Shown: in pieces, positions 9,161-17,575 of the stretch
How the letters are laid out: every line of letters begins with the position of its first letter
How positions within the stretch are numbered: position 1 is the first letter of the stretch
NCBI GenBank assembly: GCA_021826685.1
Contig: JAKAYT010000005.1
Location: 1,068-61,731, forward strand
Length of the DNA stretch: 60,664 nt
Source of the DNA: Thermoplasmata archaeon
GTDB lineage: Archaea > Thermoplasmatota > Thermoplasmata > Lutacidiplasmatales > UBA184
Reading direction: 5' to 3'
Translations under genes and position numbers: made by a program
The notes under the pieces: model-generated
Seen by the model: the letters and a program-made list of their open reading frames with translations, nothing else
Told to the model about the DNA's origin: nothing
The model's database searches: none

Positions 9161-10309
9161 TCAACGGCGGGAGGCGGGGCCGTGCCCGAGACGCTCTTCG
9201 ATGAGCGTCGCCAGATAGCTTGCCGGCATCTCGTCCATGCTCACCTCGGCCGACGTACCGCTCGGCCCAACCTCGAGGCCGATTAGGCCCGCACGATCGA
9301 GCTCCTTCAGCGTTCGCCAGAACGTCGTGCGGCTCACGGTCTTTTCCTGGAACTCCTCCAGCAGCCCCGCATGGGTCTCGCGGAGCTTCTGGCTCGAGAT
9401 CGTCGCTCCTTTGCGTCGCAGGGAGCGCGCGAGCGCCAAGAGCACGGTAAGGCCCTGCGTCGACAGCCCTTCGAGCTGGCTTTCGGAAACGGTCGGGTAG
9501 ATCGATCCCTTCGCGGCCCGGACGTCTTCGGATGCGATGGTCTCGCGCCCGGCCTCCTCGGCCGAATGGGCGGCGCTGCCGAGCAGCTCGAGGGCGAAGC
9601 GCGCGTCCCCGTTCGGCGCGGCGATCCGCGCAATCTGGCCCAGCACCGAGGGATCGTAGCTGCCGGGGCGCAACGCGAGCTCGGCTCGGGCGCTCAGAAT
9701 GTCGGTCAGCTGATCGCGGGTGTAGGGCGCGAGAGCGATCCGGTGGGTCGGGCCGAAGCTCGAACGGCTGGCCGGGTCGAGGTACGGGAAGAGGTCGTCC
9801 GGCGCGATGAGGATCAGCGAGATCGAGCCCAGACCGACCTCGGCGGCGCGGCTGAGGAGGTAGACGATCTTGGTCTCTTGACGAACGAGCGCTCCGGCCT
9901 CGTCGAGTACGACGAGATAGTGGCGCGGGTGCCGCCGCACGCCCTGCTCGAAGACATCGAGCATCTCCGATAGGCTGTAACCACGGTCGGGCAGGTGGAC
10001 TTCAACAGCCCGAAGCAGGTCGAGCGCGACCGTCCGATCGCTGGCCCGCCGCCACGCATTGATGTACACCGTCTTCACGGGCGCCGGCCCGATCCGACCC
10101 TGGCGCTCTAGGTCGCTTCCAAGGCGCCGGGCGAGCGCGGTCTTCCCGCTGCCGATCCCGCCGTTGATCTGCAGGTGGAAGGGGACGCCGTGCGACAGCG
10201 ACTCTCCGTACCGGCGGGTCAGCCGCTGAAGCTCCGCGCTGCGGTGAACCAGCTTCGGTGGGAGGAAGTTCGGATCGAGGGTCTCCTCGTGCAGCAGGAT
10301 TCGGCTCAC
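9161..10309 (-). CDS. cdc6: Cdc6/Orc1 AAA+ protein
   Basis: LDPNFLPPKLVHR..E, Walker A GGIGSGKT, Walker B VVLDE, F.PYT..QL..IL..R, GDARFALELL, winged-helix C-terminus. Confidence 0.9.
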   Translation of the reverse strand: MSRILLHEETLDPNFLPPKLVHRSAELQRLTRRYGESLSHGVPFHLQINGGIGSGKTALARRLGSDLERQGRIGPAPVKTVYINAWRRASDRTVALDLLRAVEVHLPDRGYSLSEMLDVFEQGVRRHPRHYLVVLDEAGALVRQETKIVYLLSRAAEVGLGSISLILIAPDDLFPYLDPASRSSFGPTHRIALAPYTRDQLTDILSARAELALRPGSYDPSVLGQIARIAAPNGDARFALELLGSAAHSAEEAGRETIASEDVRAAKGSIYPTVSESQLEGLSTQGLTVLLALARSLRRKGATISSQKLRETHAGLLEEFQEKTVSRTTFWRTLKELDRAGLIGLEVGPSGTSAEVSMDEMPASYLATLIEERLGHGPASRR

Positions 10310-10348
10310 GTTCGGATCCTCGTGCGCCCGCAACCGGGGTGCGGGATA

Positions 10349-11002
10349 TCAACCTCGCGGCCCGGTAAAGCGGGACGCGCCCGCGCGCAGGATGGTCCGA
10401 GCGATCTCTTCGGCGAGGGTCCGTGCCGGCACGCGGGCCTCGAAGCGGCGCCAGTTCGACTGACCCGCTAGGGAACGGTACGCCCATGCGACCCGACGGA
10501 GAGTCCGCCTTCGCTCGAGGGGAGCCCGGACCCGGCGGCGGCCCAAGCGGGCCAGGGCCGCGGAGACGGGAAGATCGAGCCAGACGACGAGGTCCGGTGC
10601 GACCGTCGAGTCCCGTTGGAGGGCGAGCAAGCGCCGATAGTCCGCCCGGGTGAGCGCGCTTCCCTGGTAGGCCATCGTCGACCAGAACGACCGGTCGCCG
10701 AGCACCAGCTCGCACTTCTTCAGGTCCTCCCGGAGCGTCGGAAGGGCGAGGTATCGATCGATCGTGAAGAAAATGGCACCGGTCCAGGGCGCAGCCACCC
10801 CGACCGATTGGGCGTAACGTCCCAGTGCCGGGTCCGACGGCTCGCGGCGAGTCCGCACCCGCCAACCGTTCCGTCTGAGGAGGCGGGCGACCCGCCGCTG
10901 GACCGTCGACTTCCCCGCTCCGTCGATCCCTTCAATCGCGACATAGAGCGCGCGACCGCGCTCAGTCAGGCGCCGCTTCGCTCGTCCCGTTCGGGGCTCC
11001 AT
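10349..11002 (-). CDS. tmk: Thymidylate kinase
   Basis: YVAIEGIDGAGKST, TRREPS, DRSFWST.AYQ, PDLVVWLD. The start may be CTG at 10969. Confidence 0.93.
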   Translation of the reverse strand: MEPRTGRAKRRLTERGRALYVAIEGIDGAGKSTVQRRVARLLRRNGWRVRTRREPSDPALGRYAQSVGVAAPWTGAIFFTIDRYLALPTLREDLKKCELVLGDRSFWSTMAYQGSALTRADYRRLLALQRDSTVAPDLVVWLDLPVSAALARLGRRRVRAPLERRRTLRRVAWAYRSLAGQSNWRRFEARVPARTLAEEIARTILRAGASRFTGPRG

Positions 11003-11841
11003 CCATACACCGCACGGATCGCTTCCTCAAAGGGGATACGCAACCGCTCGACCTGATCCGGCCGAGTCTCGGCGACCCACGCCGCGCGGCGAGGTATCGT
11101 GGCGAGGTCGAGGACCGCTCCCGGTCGCTTCGGATCGTCTAGGAAATCCGTCTCGAGGAACCACGGACCCTGTTCGAGCAGGACCTCCCCAACCAGCTCT
11201 CGCTTCGCGAGGTAGGACACGCTGATCCGCTCGGGAGACGGTGCGGGAAACCGTGCCCGCGCGTAGTGCTTCACGAGGCGGACCGGAGGGAGGCCCGCGG
11301 CGCGCGCGCGACGCCCGAGACGGGCGATCTCTTCGGCCGAGAGCTCTTCGCAATGGACGATCGCCGGGCAATCCGCGTCCCGGGCGACCGAGAGTGCGAG
11401 GTCGAAGAGGTCCTCGCTCGCGCGACGGACCCGGGGGTCGGCCACGTCGAAATGCGGGCGGCCGACCTCTCCGATCGCCACGGCTCGACGCTCGCGCACC
11501 CAGCGGCCGGCGAGCTCGAGTGCGGCGGTGTGCAATGCTATCGCCGCGGGCAGCCCGATCCGTTCGGTCGCCCCGATGAGGTCGACCGGGTACGGAGCCA
11601 CGACGCAATAGACCACGACCCCCGTATCGGCGCGGACCCGGTGGGCCAGCGCCTCCGTCACTTCGAACTGGTGCTGATAGGCCCCCAGATCGAGCGGAAC
11701 GTCGGGGGCATAGTTCTGGGTCGCGAGGAAGAGGTGAGTGCCCCCCGCCGAGCGGAAGCGCGCCGCCGCCCGGACTCCTTCCCCGTGCGGCGAAAGGTGG
11801 CAGTGGTGATCGACGATCGGAAGGTCGACGGGTAGCGGCAT
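10966..11841 (-). CDS. TatD-family metallo-hydrolase
   Basis: IVDHHCHL, AIGEVGRPH, AIVHCE, LVKHY, LETDFLDD..RPGAV. Confidence 0.9.
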   Translation of the reverse strand: MPLPVDLPIVDHHCHLSPHGEGVRAAARFRSAGGTHLFLATQNYAPDVPLDLGAYQHQFEVTEALAHRVRADTGVVVYCVVAPYPVDLIGATERIGLPAAIALHTAALELAGRWVRERRAVAIGEVGRPHFDVADPRVRRASEDLFDLALSVARDADCPAIVHCEELSAEEIARLGRRARAAGLPPVRLVKHYARARFPAPSPERISVSYLAKRELVGEVLLEQGPWFLETDFLDDPKRPGAVLDLATIPRRAAWVAETRPDQVERLRIPFEEAIRAVYGWSPERDERSGA

Positions 11842-11864
11842 TCCCGCGCCCGGGCGCGCCCACC

Positions 11865-12410
11865 CTACCGGAGGAGCCCGGCGCCCTGGAGCTCTTTGGT
11901 GATCTTCTTGACCGCGACCTCGACGTCCGAGGGCTTGCGTGCGCCGGTGCAAACGAGCTTGCCGCTCCCGAACAACAGCACGACGACGCGGGGCTCGTCG
12001 ATGCGGCAGACCAGCCCCGGGAACTGCTCGGGCTCGTACTCGACTCGGTCGAGTCCGAGAGTGACGGCGATCGCGTTGAGGTTGATCTCGCTCTCGAGGT
12101 CCGAGCTCGCGACGATGTTCTGCACCTCGATCTTCGGGTGCATGTTGATCTTCTGCCCGCCCTTGCGGATCTGCTGAGAGACCGTGGCGATCGAGTCCTC
12201 GACCTCTTTCATGCTCTTCGCCCCGGTGCAAACGACCTTTCCCGAGCGGAACAACAGGATCGCGGTCTTCGGCTGCTTCAAACGGTAGATCAGACCGGGG
12301 AATTGCTCCGGTTCGTACTCGGCTCCGTCCAGCCCGAGCGCGATAGACTGTAGGTCCAGTTCGTCTCCGAGGGAGGTAGAGGCTACGACGTTCTCGATTC
12401 GGATCTTCAC
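11865..12410 (-). CDS. tbp: TATA-box binding protein
   Basis: Two repeats of IxNxVAS...YEPEQFPGL..R...P....LLF.SGK.VCTGA. Confidence 0.98.
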   Translation of the reverse strand: MKIRIENVVASTSLGDELDLQSIALGLDGAEYEPEQFPGLIYRLKQPKTAILLFRSGKVVCTGAKSMKEVEDSIATVSQQIRKGGQKINMHPKIEVQNIVASSDLESEINLNAIAVTLGLDRVEYEPEQFPGLVCRIDEPRVVVLLFGSGKLVCTGARKPSDVEVAVKKITKELQGAGLLR

Positions 12411-12431
12411 GATCGAACCTCTCGCGCGAGG

Positions 12432-12461
12432 TATTTAAGCGCATACTTAAGCCTTTTTAAA
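12432..12461. promoter_or_regulatory. Cluster of three TATA-like boxes between tbp and the putative ncRNA
   Basis: TATTTAAG (12432), TACTTAAG (12444) and TTTTTAAA (12454) in otherwise very GC-rich DNA. Confidence 0.6.
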
Positions 12462-12811
12462 GCCGGCCGAGGTGTGCGCGACGCCGATCTCCCCGCAGAG
12501 ACCGCTCGAGCGTGAGATCCCCGTGACAGGCGTCGGGCGAACTGACATCCCGGCGCGGGAGGGAAATGGACCGGCCCGAGCCGGGCCGCCGCCGAGCTAG
12601 ACGAGAACGTGAGAGGGGCGCAAGCAGTCTACGGAGCGGTCGGCGGAACACGCATGCCTCCCATCCAACGGTGGCCGTCAAGCGGGGCCACCCAGCACCG
12701 AGTGCCATCAAACAGGTCCGCCGGGATGGAAACCGCCGAAGGTATTCGAGCCCCAAGGTTCCGTCACGGGCCTAGCCTACGGACCGGACGGACCGCGGGG
12801 TTCGGCCCGGC
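12462..12811 (+). ncRNA. Putative structured ncRNA of ~350 nt, identity unresolved
   Basis: No credible ORF, upstream TATA-like box, paired ends and a mutually compatible set of nested helices (see findings). Confidence 0.5.
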
Positions 12812-12819
12812 CCACGCGG

Positions 12820-13392
12820 CTATCCCGTTCCCGGTCGCAGCGCGAAAAGATCCAGAAGCGCGTTGCGAGTGAATCCCCAAACGACGTGCCCCTCGTACAC
12901 CGTGGCATCGACGTCACGCACGCCGGCTTCCGTCCGCTCGGGCACCCGTTCCCTCCGGGCGAGGACCGAGCGGGGCATCCAGAAGATCCCGGCGATCTCC
13001 TCCGGGCTGGCAATGCGGGGAGCCCGAGCCGTCACGGAAAGGGGAGCCGCGAAGATCGCGATGGGTAGGCGGCTCGCGAATGCCCACCCGATCCGGACGA
13101 ACCGGGGAGGGGTCGCGAAATCTTCGGGCCCCAGCCCGACCTCCTCCTGGGATTCGCGCACGGCGGTCTCCTCGAGCCCGGTGTCGGCCGGGTCGTATCT
13201 TCCGCCCGGCAACCCGATCTGGCCCGAGGCCCGGTCGCCGACGCGTTCCGTTCGCCGGATGAGCAGAACCTCGGGCTCATCGCCGCGATCCCGGAGAACG
13301 GCGAGCACCGCCGCGCGCGCGATGTCCGCAGGGATGTGGCCACCGACCGGATAGCGCGCGAGGACGGCGGCCGTCGGCGACGGTGAGCTCAC
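12820..13392 (-). CDS. Nudix hydrolase, CoA-pyrophosphatase (NudL/PCD1)-like
   Basis: AAVL, LLIRR, SGQIGLPGG, ETAVRESQEEVGL (Nudix box), VWGFT. Confidence 0.9.
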   Translation of the reverse strand: MSSPSPTAAVLARYPVGGHIPADIARAAVLAVLRDRGDEPEVLLIRRTERVGDRASGQIGLPGGRYDPADTGLEETAVRESQEEVGLGPEDFATPPRFVRIGWAFASRLPIAIFAAPLSVTARAPRIASPEEIAGIFWMPRSVLARRERVPERTEAGVRDVDATVYEGHVVWGFTRNALLDLFALRPGTG

Positions 13393-13565
13393 TGCTGCCA
13401 GTCGTAGGCGACCTTCGATCGCGTCAGGCGTTGGTCGACACTATGCTCGGGTTGGTTCTCGACCCAGCGCTCTAGCTTCGCCACATGCTCTCGGAGGGTC
13501 GCGACCTGCGCCTCGAGCTCCCGGACCCGGTCCTCGAGAGGTTTCGTCCGGACGTCAGCAGCCAT
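13389..13565 (-). CDS. 58-aa coiled-coil small protein
   Basis: MAADVRTKPLEDRVRELEAQVATLREHVAKLERWVENQPEH...; heptad pattern and GTGA overlap with the Nudix start. Below the ORF-track cutoff. Confidence 0.7.
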   Translation of the reverse strand: MAADVRTKPLEDRVRELEAQVATLREHVAKLERWVENQPEHSVDQRLTRSKVAYDWQQ

Positions 13566-13601
13566 CGGGGGTACACGGGGGTAGCGGGAGATAATCGTTC
13601 C

Positions 13602-14429
13602 CTACGCGCTCGGGGGGGGCGGGCTCCCCTTTTCGACCTTCTCGACCTGCTCCCGGATGGCGTCCGCCGTCTCCTGGGGCTTCTCGATGGGCATCATGTG
13701 GCCCGTATCGCGATACAGGCGCAGTTCCGAACCGGGAATCGACTGCCGGAGGAACCGCCCGTGCGACGGATCGATGACTACATCGCTCATCCCCTGCAGA
13801 ATCAACGTCGGAACTCGGAGGCGCGCGAGCTGACCGCGCATGTCGAAGCGAGTGAGCTGGTCGGCCCATCGGATCACGACCCCGACCTTCGGCTCGGTGA
13901 ACTGCCGATGCATCCGATCGACGATTTCGAAGTGGGCCTCGGCCCAGTCCCGGTCGTAGAGGTCCTTGATGAGTCGCAGCATCAGGCCCTCATCTCCTCC
14001 CTCGCGGAAAGCGGTCTGCCAGCTCTGGATGATTTCCTTCGTGTGAGGGTCGCAGTAGGCCGCTCCGTTCACGAGCACGAGGCTCTTTACGCGGCCCGGG
14101 TGTTCATGGGCGAGGCGCAGGGCGAGGAAGGCGCCGGCGCTCAGCCCGACGACGTGCACGGGATGGGGAGCCCGCTCGGTCCGCTCCATGATGAGTCGAA
14201 CGAGGTCGGATACCATCTCCTCAATCGAAAACGTGGAGTTCGGCGGCATCGGCGAGCGTCCATGGCCGCGAAGGTCGGGGGCGATGACGTGGAGATCGGG
14301 GCTCAGGCGCTCGATGACGTCGGCCCAGATCGAGTGGTCGCCGCCCAAACCGTGGAGCAGGAGCACGGTCGGTCCGTTTCCGCTCTCCCGGGCGAACAGT
14401 TCGGCCGGGGCAGGGTGGTTCGCAGCCAC
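13602..14429 (-). CDS. Alpha/beta hydrolase (enol-lactonase-like)
   Basis: VLLLHGLGG, DLRGHGRS, nucleophile elbow GLSAG, GHMMPIE. Confidence 0.9.
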   Translation of the reverse strand: MAANHPAPAELFARESGNGPTVLLLHGLGGDHSIWADVIERLSPDLHVIAPDLRGHGRSPMPPNSTFSIEEMVSDLVRLIMERTERAPHPVHVVGLSAGAFLALRLAHEHPGRVKSLVLVNGAAYCDPHTKEIIQSWQTAFREGGDEGLMLRLIKDLYDRDWAEAHFEIVDRMHRQFTEPKVGVVIRWADQLTRFDMRGQLARLRVPTLILQGMSDVVIDPSHGRFLRQSIPGSELRLYRDTGHMMPIEKPQETADAIREQVEKVEKGSPPPPSA

Positions 14430-14521
14430 GTCCGAGGGACCGAGGTGCGATATTTACCGACTTGGTGAGGCACCCTGGACCAGCCGCTCGGCTAAATACA
14501 GGGAACAGAACTCCCCGGACG

Positions 14522-15148
14522 ATGGCGCGCGGGGTGATGCTCATGAGCGGTGGGATCGACTCGCCGGTCTCGCTGTACTACCTCCTACGCCAGGGTCACG
14601 AGATGGTCTGCGTTCACATGGACAACCGACCGTTCACCGACGATTCCCCGCTGGAGAAGATCGTCGATCACCTGAAGGTCCTGCGAGAGCGTTCTGGCCA
14701 GCCCCTCCCGCTCTACGTCGTTCCGCACGGTCCGACCCAGATTACGCTCATGCGGCAGACCGACCGACACGTGGGTTGCGTGATGTGCCGACGGTTCATG
14801 TGGCGGTCCGCGGAGCGGATCGCGGTCAAGGAGAACGCTTCCTTTATCGCCACGGGCGAAGCGCTCGGACAGGTCGCCTCCCAAACGCTGAGCAACATGC
14901 GGACCGCGACCGCGGCCGTCCAGCTTCCGATCGTCCGCCCGCTGATCGGTTTCGACAAGGCCGAAGTCGAGACCGTGGCCCGCGCGATCGGCACCTATGA
15001 GATCTCGATCCGACCGGGGGTCTGCTGTCAGGCCGTCCCCGACCGGCCCGCTACCCGCAGCAACCTCATCCAGATTGGACGGGAAGAGAGCCGGATCGAC
15101 GTCGAGGCGATCCTCGATGATTGCCTCCGCAACACCGTCGTGATGTGA
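14522..15148 (+). CDS. ThiI-like PP-loop sulfurtransferase, catalytic domain only
   Basis: SGGIDSPVS, CVMCRR, TGEALGQVASQTL.N, RPLIGFDK.E, YEISI..GVCC. 208 aa with no N-terminal THUMP domain. Confidence 0.85.
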   Translation: MARGVMLMSGGIDSPVSLYYLLRQGHEMVCVHMDNRPFTDDSPLEKIVDHLKVLRERSGQPLPLYVVPHGPTQITLMRQTDRHVGCVMCRRFMWRSAERIAVKENASFIATGEALGQVASQTLSNMRTATAAVQLPIVRPLIGFDKAEVETVARAIGTYEISIRPGVCCQAVPDRPATRSNLIQIGREESRIDVEAILDDCLRNTVVM

Positions 15149-15218
15149 GACGGGCTCCAGCCGCCCGGCCGCCGGGTTGGAGCCAATTCCAAATAGGAGG
15201 CCCGAGCTCGGCGGCTCG

Positions 15219-15605
15219 ATGTCGGAGCCCCGAACCTCATCCTTGAGGACCGCGATATCCCTCGGAATTCTCGGGGGGATCGTCTACCTCTTGGTAGCGC
15301 TGGTCGTTTTCATCGTCGGGGCCGTGTCGGTCTTGGTAGGGGTCCCGTCGGCCCTACCCCTCTTTGGCACGGTCGCGGGTCTCGTGATCGTCGGAGTCCT
15401 CGCGATCGTCTTTTCCATCCTGCTCCGCCGCCAACCCGAGCTCGCTCTCTTTTGGGGGATCCTGCTCGTGGTGCTCGCCCTGCTGAGCCTTTCGCTCGAG
15501 TTCGGTGGGTTCGTCGTAGCCTTCCTGCTGACGTTGGTCTCGGGGATCCTCGCGATCAGCGACAAACTGAGCCCCATGGTCACCGCGAGCGAGAAGACCG
15601 AGTAA
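15219..15605 (+). CDS. Small membrane protein (DUF6114-like)
   Basis: About 4 TM helices ending in GGFVVAFLLTLVSGILA. Confidence 0.65.
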   Translation: MSEPRTSSLRTAISLGILGGIVYLLVALVVFIVGAVSVLVGVPSALPLFGTVAGLVIVGVLAIVFSILLRRQPELALFWGILLVVLALLSLSLEFGGFVVAFLLTLVSGILAISDKLSPMVTASEKTE

Positions 15606-15648
15606 GGCGGTCGAGGACCTCAACTAGTTCGGACGATAGTCGAACTCC

Positions 15649-16059
15649 GTGAGCGGAACGGTCGCGGTGGGGCCGGAGTACCCGAAGGTCGCTTCGGCCC
15701 TCGCGCTGGCCGGGGGCCTCCTGGTCGCGGTGGTCGGCGGGGTGGAGCTCACGGCGTTCTCGTCGGTCGATCCCCTCGCTTCGCAGATCCCCGGGTGGCT
15801 GGGGGTGGGTCTCGCCTCCAGTGGCATCGCCACCGGAGCCGCGATCGTCGCCCTTTCGCTGGCGCTCCGCTACCGCCCTCGCCGCTACGCGATCTGGGGG
15901 GGCCTCCTGATCCTTCTGGCGATCGTCAGCCTGATCGTCGCCGCCGGAGGGTTGTTCGTGGGGTTTGTGCTTGCGATGGTCGGTGGCATTGCCGCGCTGG
16001 TGTGGACGCCTTCCTGGGAACGCCCTGCGAGTCCCCCGACGGAGCCGACGTCGCCATGA
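15649..16059 (+). CDS. Small membrane protein, tandem paralogue (DUF6114-like)
   Basis: Same layout, ending in GGLFVGFVLAMVGGIAAL. Confidence 0.65.
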   Translation: MSGTVAVGPEYPKVASALALAGGLLVAVVGGVELTAFSSVDPLASQIPGWLGVGLASSGIATGAAIVALSLALRYRPRRYAIWGGLLILLAIVSLIVAAGGLFVGFVLAMVGGIAALVWTPSWERPASPPTEPTSP

Positions 16060-16352
16060 CGCCGGAGCGATCGCTGCTCGAGCGCCCGCCCTACGATGCG
16101 GTGCGGCTCTGTGCCACGAAGGGCGCCTTCGAGGCGATCCCGCAGCGACCGACGCGTCTCGACCTCGTTCGGGTCGCTCGTCGACTCTCCGCCTCCGGCC
16201 TGGATGTCACGGACGCGCGGGTGATCCTGATCGTTCGGACCGACCCCGAGGTCACCGTGAGCCAGGACGGACGGATCCTCGTCAAGACGCTCGATGCCGA
16301 GCGTGCCCAACGAAGCGTCGATGACCTCTGGAGCCGTATCACCCATGCGTAA
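16056..16352 (+). CDS. 98-aa hypothetical protein
   Basis: ATGA overlap with the previous gene. EVTVSQDGRILVKT resembles the C-terminal domain of some ThiF/MoeB proteins (weak). Confidence 0.7.
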   Translation: MTPERSLLERPPYDAVRLCATKGAFEAIPQRPTRLDLVRVARRLSASGLDVTDARVILIVRTDPEVTVSQDGRILVKTLDAERAQRSVDDLWSRITHA

Positions 16353-16409
16353 CCCTCGAGCGTGGACTTAAGCGGCCGACGGGATTTCGTACGAGTGGAG
16401 GCGAGGAGG

Positions 16410-17564
16410 GTGCGCGAGACGTGGGTGATCGGCGCGGCATCGAACCGCTTCGGCAAGATGAAGGAGTCCGGCCGCGAGGCGGCCACGGAAGTCGGGCTCG
16501 CGGCGATCGAGAGCGCAGGGATCGAGCCCCGGCAAATCGGCCACACCTTCGTCGCGAACGCGTTCGGCGTCGCCGAGCACCAGGCGCACGTCGGGCCTCT
16601 CATCAACACGGGGCTGGGGATCCCGGAGGTCCCGTCGGTCACGGTCGAGTCGGCCTGCTCGAGCTCGAGCGCGGCGCTCCACGAAGCCTACGTTCACGTG
16701 GCCGGCGGCTTCTGCGACTTCGCTTTGGTCGTTGGGGCGGAGAAGCTCTCGCATCTCGATACGCTCGCGGCCACGAGCTACTTCGCGATCGGTGCCGACT
16801 ATCCGTTCGAGGCCAAGAACGGGGCGACCTTTCCGGGCCTCTACGCGACGCTCGCCAACGTCTACCAGCATACCTACCGCACGACGCCCGAGATGTTCGG
16901 CTCGATCGCGGTGAAGAACCATGCGAACGCGGCGCTCAATCCGCACGCGCATTTTCAGAAGGCCATCACGATGGAGACCTACCTCGGTTCGCCGATGATC
17001 GCGAGCCCGCTGCGCCTCTACGACTGCTGCCCTTTCTCCGACGGCGCGGCCGCCGTGGTCGTTGCGGCCAAGGAGGCCGTTCCCCACCCGGTACGAGAGC
17101 CGCTCGTCGTGCGCGCCAGCGCTCGGGCGGGCTCCATCGCGGACATGCACGACCGGCCGGACCTGCTCGGTTTGCCCGCCGCCCGGGCCGCCGGAGCTGC
17201 CGCATTCCGGCAGGCGAAGATGGGACCCGAGGACATCGACTTCGCCGAGGTCCATGATTGCTTCACGATCGCCGAGGCTCTGGCGCTCGAGGACCTGGGC
17301 TTCTTTCCCAAGGGGGCCGCCGCCCGGGCGTCGCTGGACGGAGCTACCGCGCGCGACGGCAAGTTCCCGGTCAATCCCTCCGGCGGGCTGAAGGCGAAGG
17401 GGCATCCGGTCAGCGCGACCGGGGCCTCCCAGGTCGTCGAGATCTTCGAGCAGTTCAACGGCCTCGCGGGTGGGCGAAGCGTGCCTCACGCCGAGGTCGC
17501 ACTCGCGCACAACGTTGGAGCAACGGGAGGGTCATGCTCCGTGCACATCTTCTCCCGTCGCTAG
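16410..17564 (+). CDS. Thiolase (archaeal acetyl-CoA C-acyltransferase)
   Basis: VESACSSSS, PLRLYDCCPFSDGAAA, AEVHDCFT, NPSGGLKAKGHP..ATG, HNVG; GGAGG RBS before the GTG. Confidence 0.95.
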   Translation: MRETWVIGAASNRFGKMKESGREAATEVGLAAIESAGIEPRQIGHTFVANAFGVAEHQAHVGPLINTGLGIPEVPSVTVESACSSSSAALHEAYVHVAGGFCDFALVVGAEKLSHLDTLAATSYFAIGADYPFEAKNGATFPGLYATLANVYQHTYRTTPEMFGSIAVKNHANAALNPHAHFQKAITMETYLGSPMIASPLRLYDCCPFSDGAAAVVVAAKEAVPHPVREPLVVRASARAGSIADMHDRPDLLGLPAARAAGAAAFRQAKMGPEDIDFAEVHDCFTIAEALALEDLGFFPKGAAARASLDGATARDGKFPVNPSGGLKAKGHPVSATGASQVVEIFEQFNGLAGGRSVPHAEVALAHNVGATGGSCSVHIFSRR

Positions 17565-17575
17565 ACCGGGCCGAC

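Noticed and set aside
9161-10349. Replication origin next to cdc6
   Set aside because: The flanks are only a few tens of bp, with no ORB repeats or AT-rich unwinding element.
12457-12775. ORFs 12457-12756 (-) and 12566-12775 (+) as proteins
   Set aside because: Low-complexity Arg-rich translations without motifs; the base-pairing pattern explains the region better.
12462-12811. MITE interpretation of the paired ends
   Set aside because: No target-site duplication and no second copy in the window.
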